A stretch of 64,000 nt of DNA from Blepharisma stoltei ATCC 30299. Lineage: Eukaryota; Protista; Ciliophora. The stretch spans positions 310,001 to 374,000 of the forward strand of contig CBFDEM010000055.1 of NCBI GenBank assembly GCA_965603825.1. Reading direction: 5' to 3'. The first letter of the stretch is position 1, and each line of letters begins with the position of its first letter. Below the pieces are notes generated by a model. It saw nothing but the letters and a program-made list of their open reading frames with translations, did no database searches and was not told where the DNA came from. The position numbers and the translations under genes were made by a program. This document shows, piece by piece, positions 62,018 through 64,000 of the stretch.

Positions 62018-63841
62018 TTATTTTTTACTTGCAGAAGTAAAATTTTCTCGCATATCGCTTATTCAGCTTCTATGTTTTCCTAAAATGCTATTAAAAGAAT
62101 CGTTGCTCTTAAGTACATCATCTGAGCTTTCATATCTTCTATGCATGTTTCCTGTTTTTTTCGGCATATTTCAGCTGTCACATCTCTGATTAATTTTTCT
62201 TTGGCTTTCAACAATGCTTTCCTCATCTCTGTAAGTTGACAATTTACTGAGATTAGTCCTTATATCAGAACTAATCGGAGAAATTGACCGGCTAATTATT
62301 TTTAAATCCTCTATATCTTTTTCAAGCCTGCTAATTTTCTTTGGGCTTTCTGCTAAAAAACTTTGAATATCGTTTAATTTTATTTTGAAATTTTCTTTTA
62401 ATTGACTGATTTGGGAGTTTACATAATTTTTGTTGGCTTTTGATTTTAATTCTTCTTTATAGTGATTAATTTCAGCTGTGATGTAAGAAATTTCACTATC
62501 TTTTAATGAAGATTTGTTATAGAGCTCTGAAATATCAGACTCAAGCTTGAGGATTTTTCCAAATATGGATTTGTTAGAGTAAGAATTAAGCACAGATTTT
62601 GTTTTTAAGCCATATTCTGATTCAAGCTTTTCTTTTTCAGTTAAAAGCTTCTGTTCATATTCGTCATCTAGTAGCTTAATATTCTTATTTAGCTCAATTT
62701 CATATCTTTTAGATAACTCATCAATAGCTCATAGCTTTTCCGTTTCAAGAATTGATGAATTTTCTTGAATCTCCAGATTTTTATTAAATTCATAATTTAT
62801 TTCTTCGATTTTTTCGTTGTTTTCTGTCCGCAGTCTTTTTAGCTCTTTTTCTAAACTTGTTGCATATTTTTCTCTTAATTCATTAAGCTTTTCCATAAAA
62901 ATATTCTGCTTTTCTTTTGAGTTTCTTAAACAGTCTATTTGGTATTCAAAGTCTTTTAGCTTTTCTGCTATTTTTTCACCATAAAGATTTTTCAAAATTT
63001 TTTGTGTCCGCTCAGCCTCTTCATTGCATTCCGCTTCCAAATCTTCCAAAATCTTTTTGTTTGTTTCATAAACAAATTTCTGATCTTCTAAAATTTTTTC
63101 CTTTTCTAATTTTAATTTTTCTGCTGCTTCTAGTTCATTTTCAATAATTATTGAAAATTTTGCTTCTTCTTCGTTACAAAATTGCTGCATCTCTTTTTGC
63201 CCTTGGATAATTAATTGTGATTTTTCTTCTTCAATTAATTTTTTATTTTTCTCTTTAGTTTCTCTAAAAATATTTTCAGAATGTTTATCATGAATCTCTT
63301 TATTTAAATTTTTCGTTCTTATTAATTCTTTTTGACGTTTTGTTGCATTGATTTCTGATTCATTTTCAAGCTCGAGCCTTAATTTTCAAATTTCTTCATT
63401 TTTATATTCCTGCAATTCTTGGGTTTGTTCTAATAGCCAATTTTTGTATTTTTCTTTGATATTTTTGATATCGTCCTTGTATCGATTTTCTATATTTTGC
63501 TCACTTGATAGTAAATCGAAATTCGTTGGCGTGATTGGCTCATGAATTTTTAATTTTTTTGATTTTTCTGAAAGAAAAAGCTCTTTGTAATGAAAATAAG
63601 CAGGGTTGTCTCAGGTGCTTTCATTGGTTTCTGGGTTAAAAAAATAAATTTGCTGATTTGGAGATTGGCATAATATTCATGGTTTTGGTGTGGGAGATTT
63701 CAATCCTTCTTTGGCAATGTAAATAAAATCAGAATCTTCTGGGAAAATCATGCCTAGCGATTTAGCATATTCGATTATTTCTTCTTCACTGGGCTCATAG
63801 TTGGGGTCTAAAACCTCTTCTAAAATTATGGGTAGGGACAT
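62018..63841 (-). CDS. CEP164: CEP164-like basal-body protein (N-terminal WW domain + coiled coil)
   Basis: LEEVLDPNYEPSEEEIIEYAKSLGM...IAKEGLKSP...W...IYFFNPETNEST-W-DNP; both WW tryptophans are TGA; single frame to TAA at 62018. Confidence 0.8.
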
Positions 63842-64000
63842 TTAAATATCGAATTATCATTATCAAAAATTTGAATTAATTTTTATTTAACAGAAACTAC
63901 TTGCTTACTTGGGTTTAGCACACTTTTAGACTTCAATTTTATTTAAGTATTTTCAAGCCAAATCTATTTCTTCAATTTTTTATTAAATTCTGTTATTCGT

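Overview
This is AT-rich, gene-dense eukaryotic DNA from a ciliate macronuclear-type genome, most likely a heterotrich of the Blepharisma type. The supplied ORF track is fragmented because UGA is read as Trp. TGA falls at invariant Trp positions in WD40, AAA, E2, WW, PLC-X and mutase motifs, and swaps with TGG between paralogs. Genes end in TAA/TAG, and the introns I found are 15 nt. After re-stitching there are about 40 genes. Recognisable ones include a mitochondrial phosphate carrier, bS6m, ETFA, PIG-B, NEK10, CEP164, a calmodulin-like protein, a GRIP golgin, an MFS transporter, PLCXD and an arrestin, plus tandem duplicate arrays. The most notable items are: (1) a RING-B-box-coiled-coil E3 fused in frame to an intact L-isoaspartyl methyltransferase (PIMT); (2) three full-length papain-family genes with catalytic Cys replaced by Pro, flanked by duplicated F-box genes; (3) a methylmalonyl-CoA mutase paralog with no B12-binding domain and a remodelled active site; (4) a BRCT-Myb RAP1-like protein; (5) two ATP-grasp-like/truncated-hemoglobin fusions; (6) a channel-adenylyl cyclase and two E2s lacking catalytic residues; (7) a probable GT-GG 15-nt intron and a TA-bounded MITE-like element. 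All family calls come from motif recognition by eye; no database search was run.
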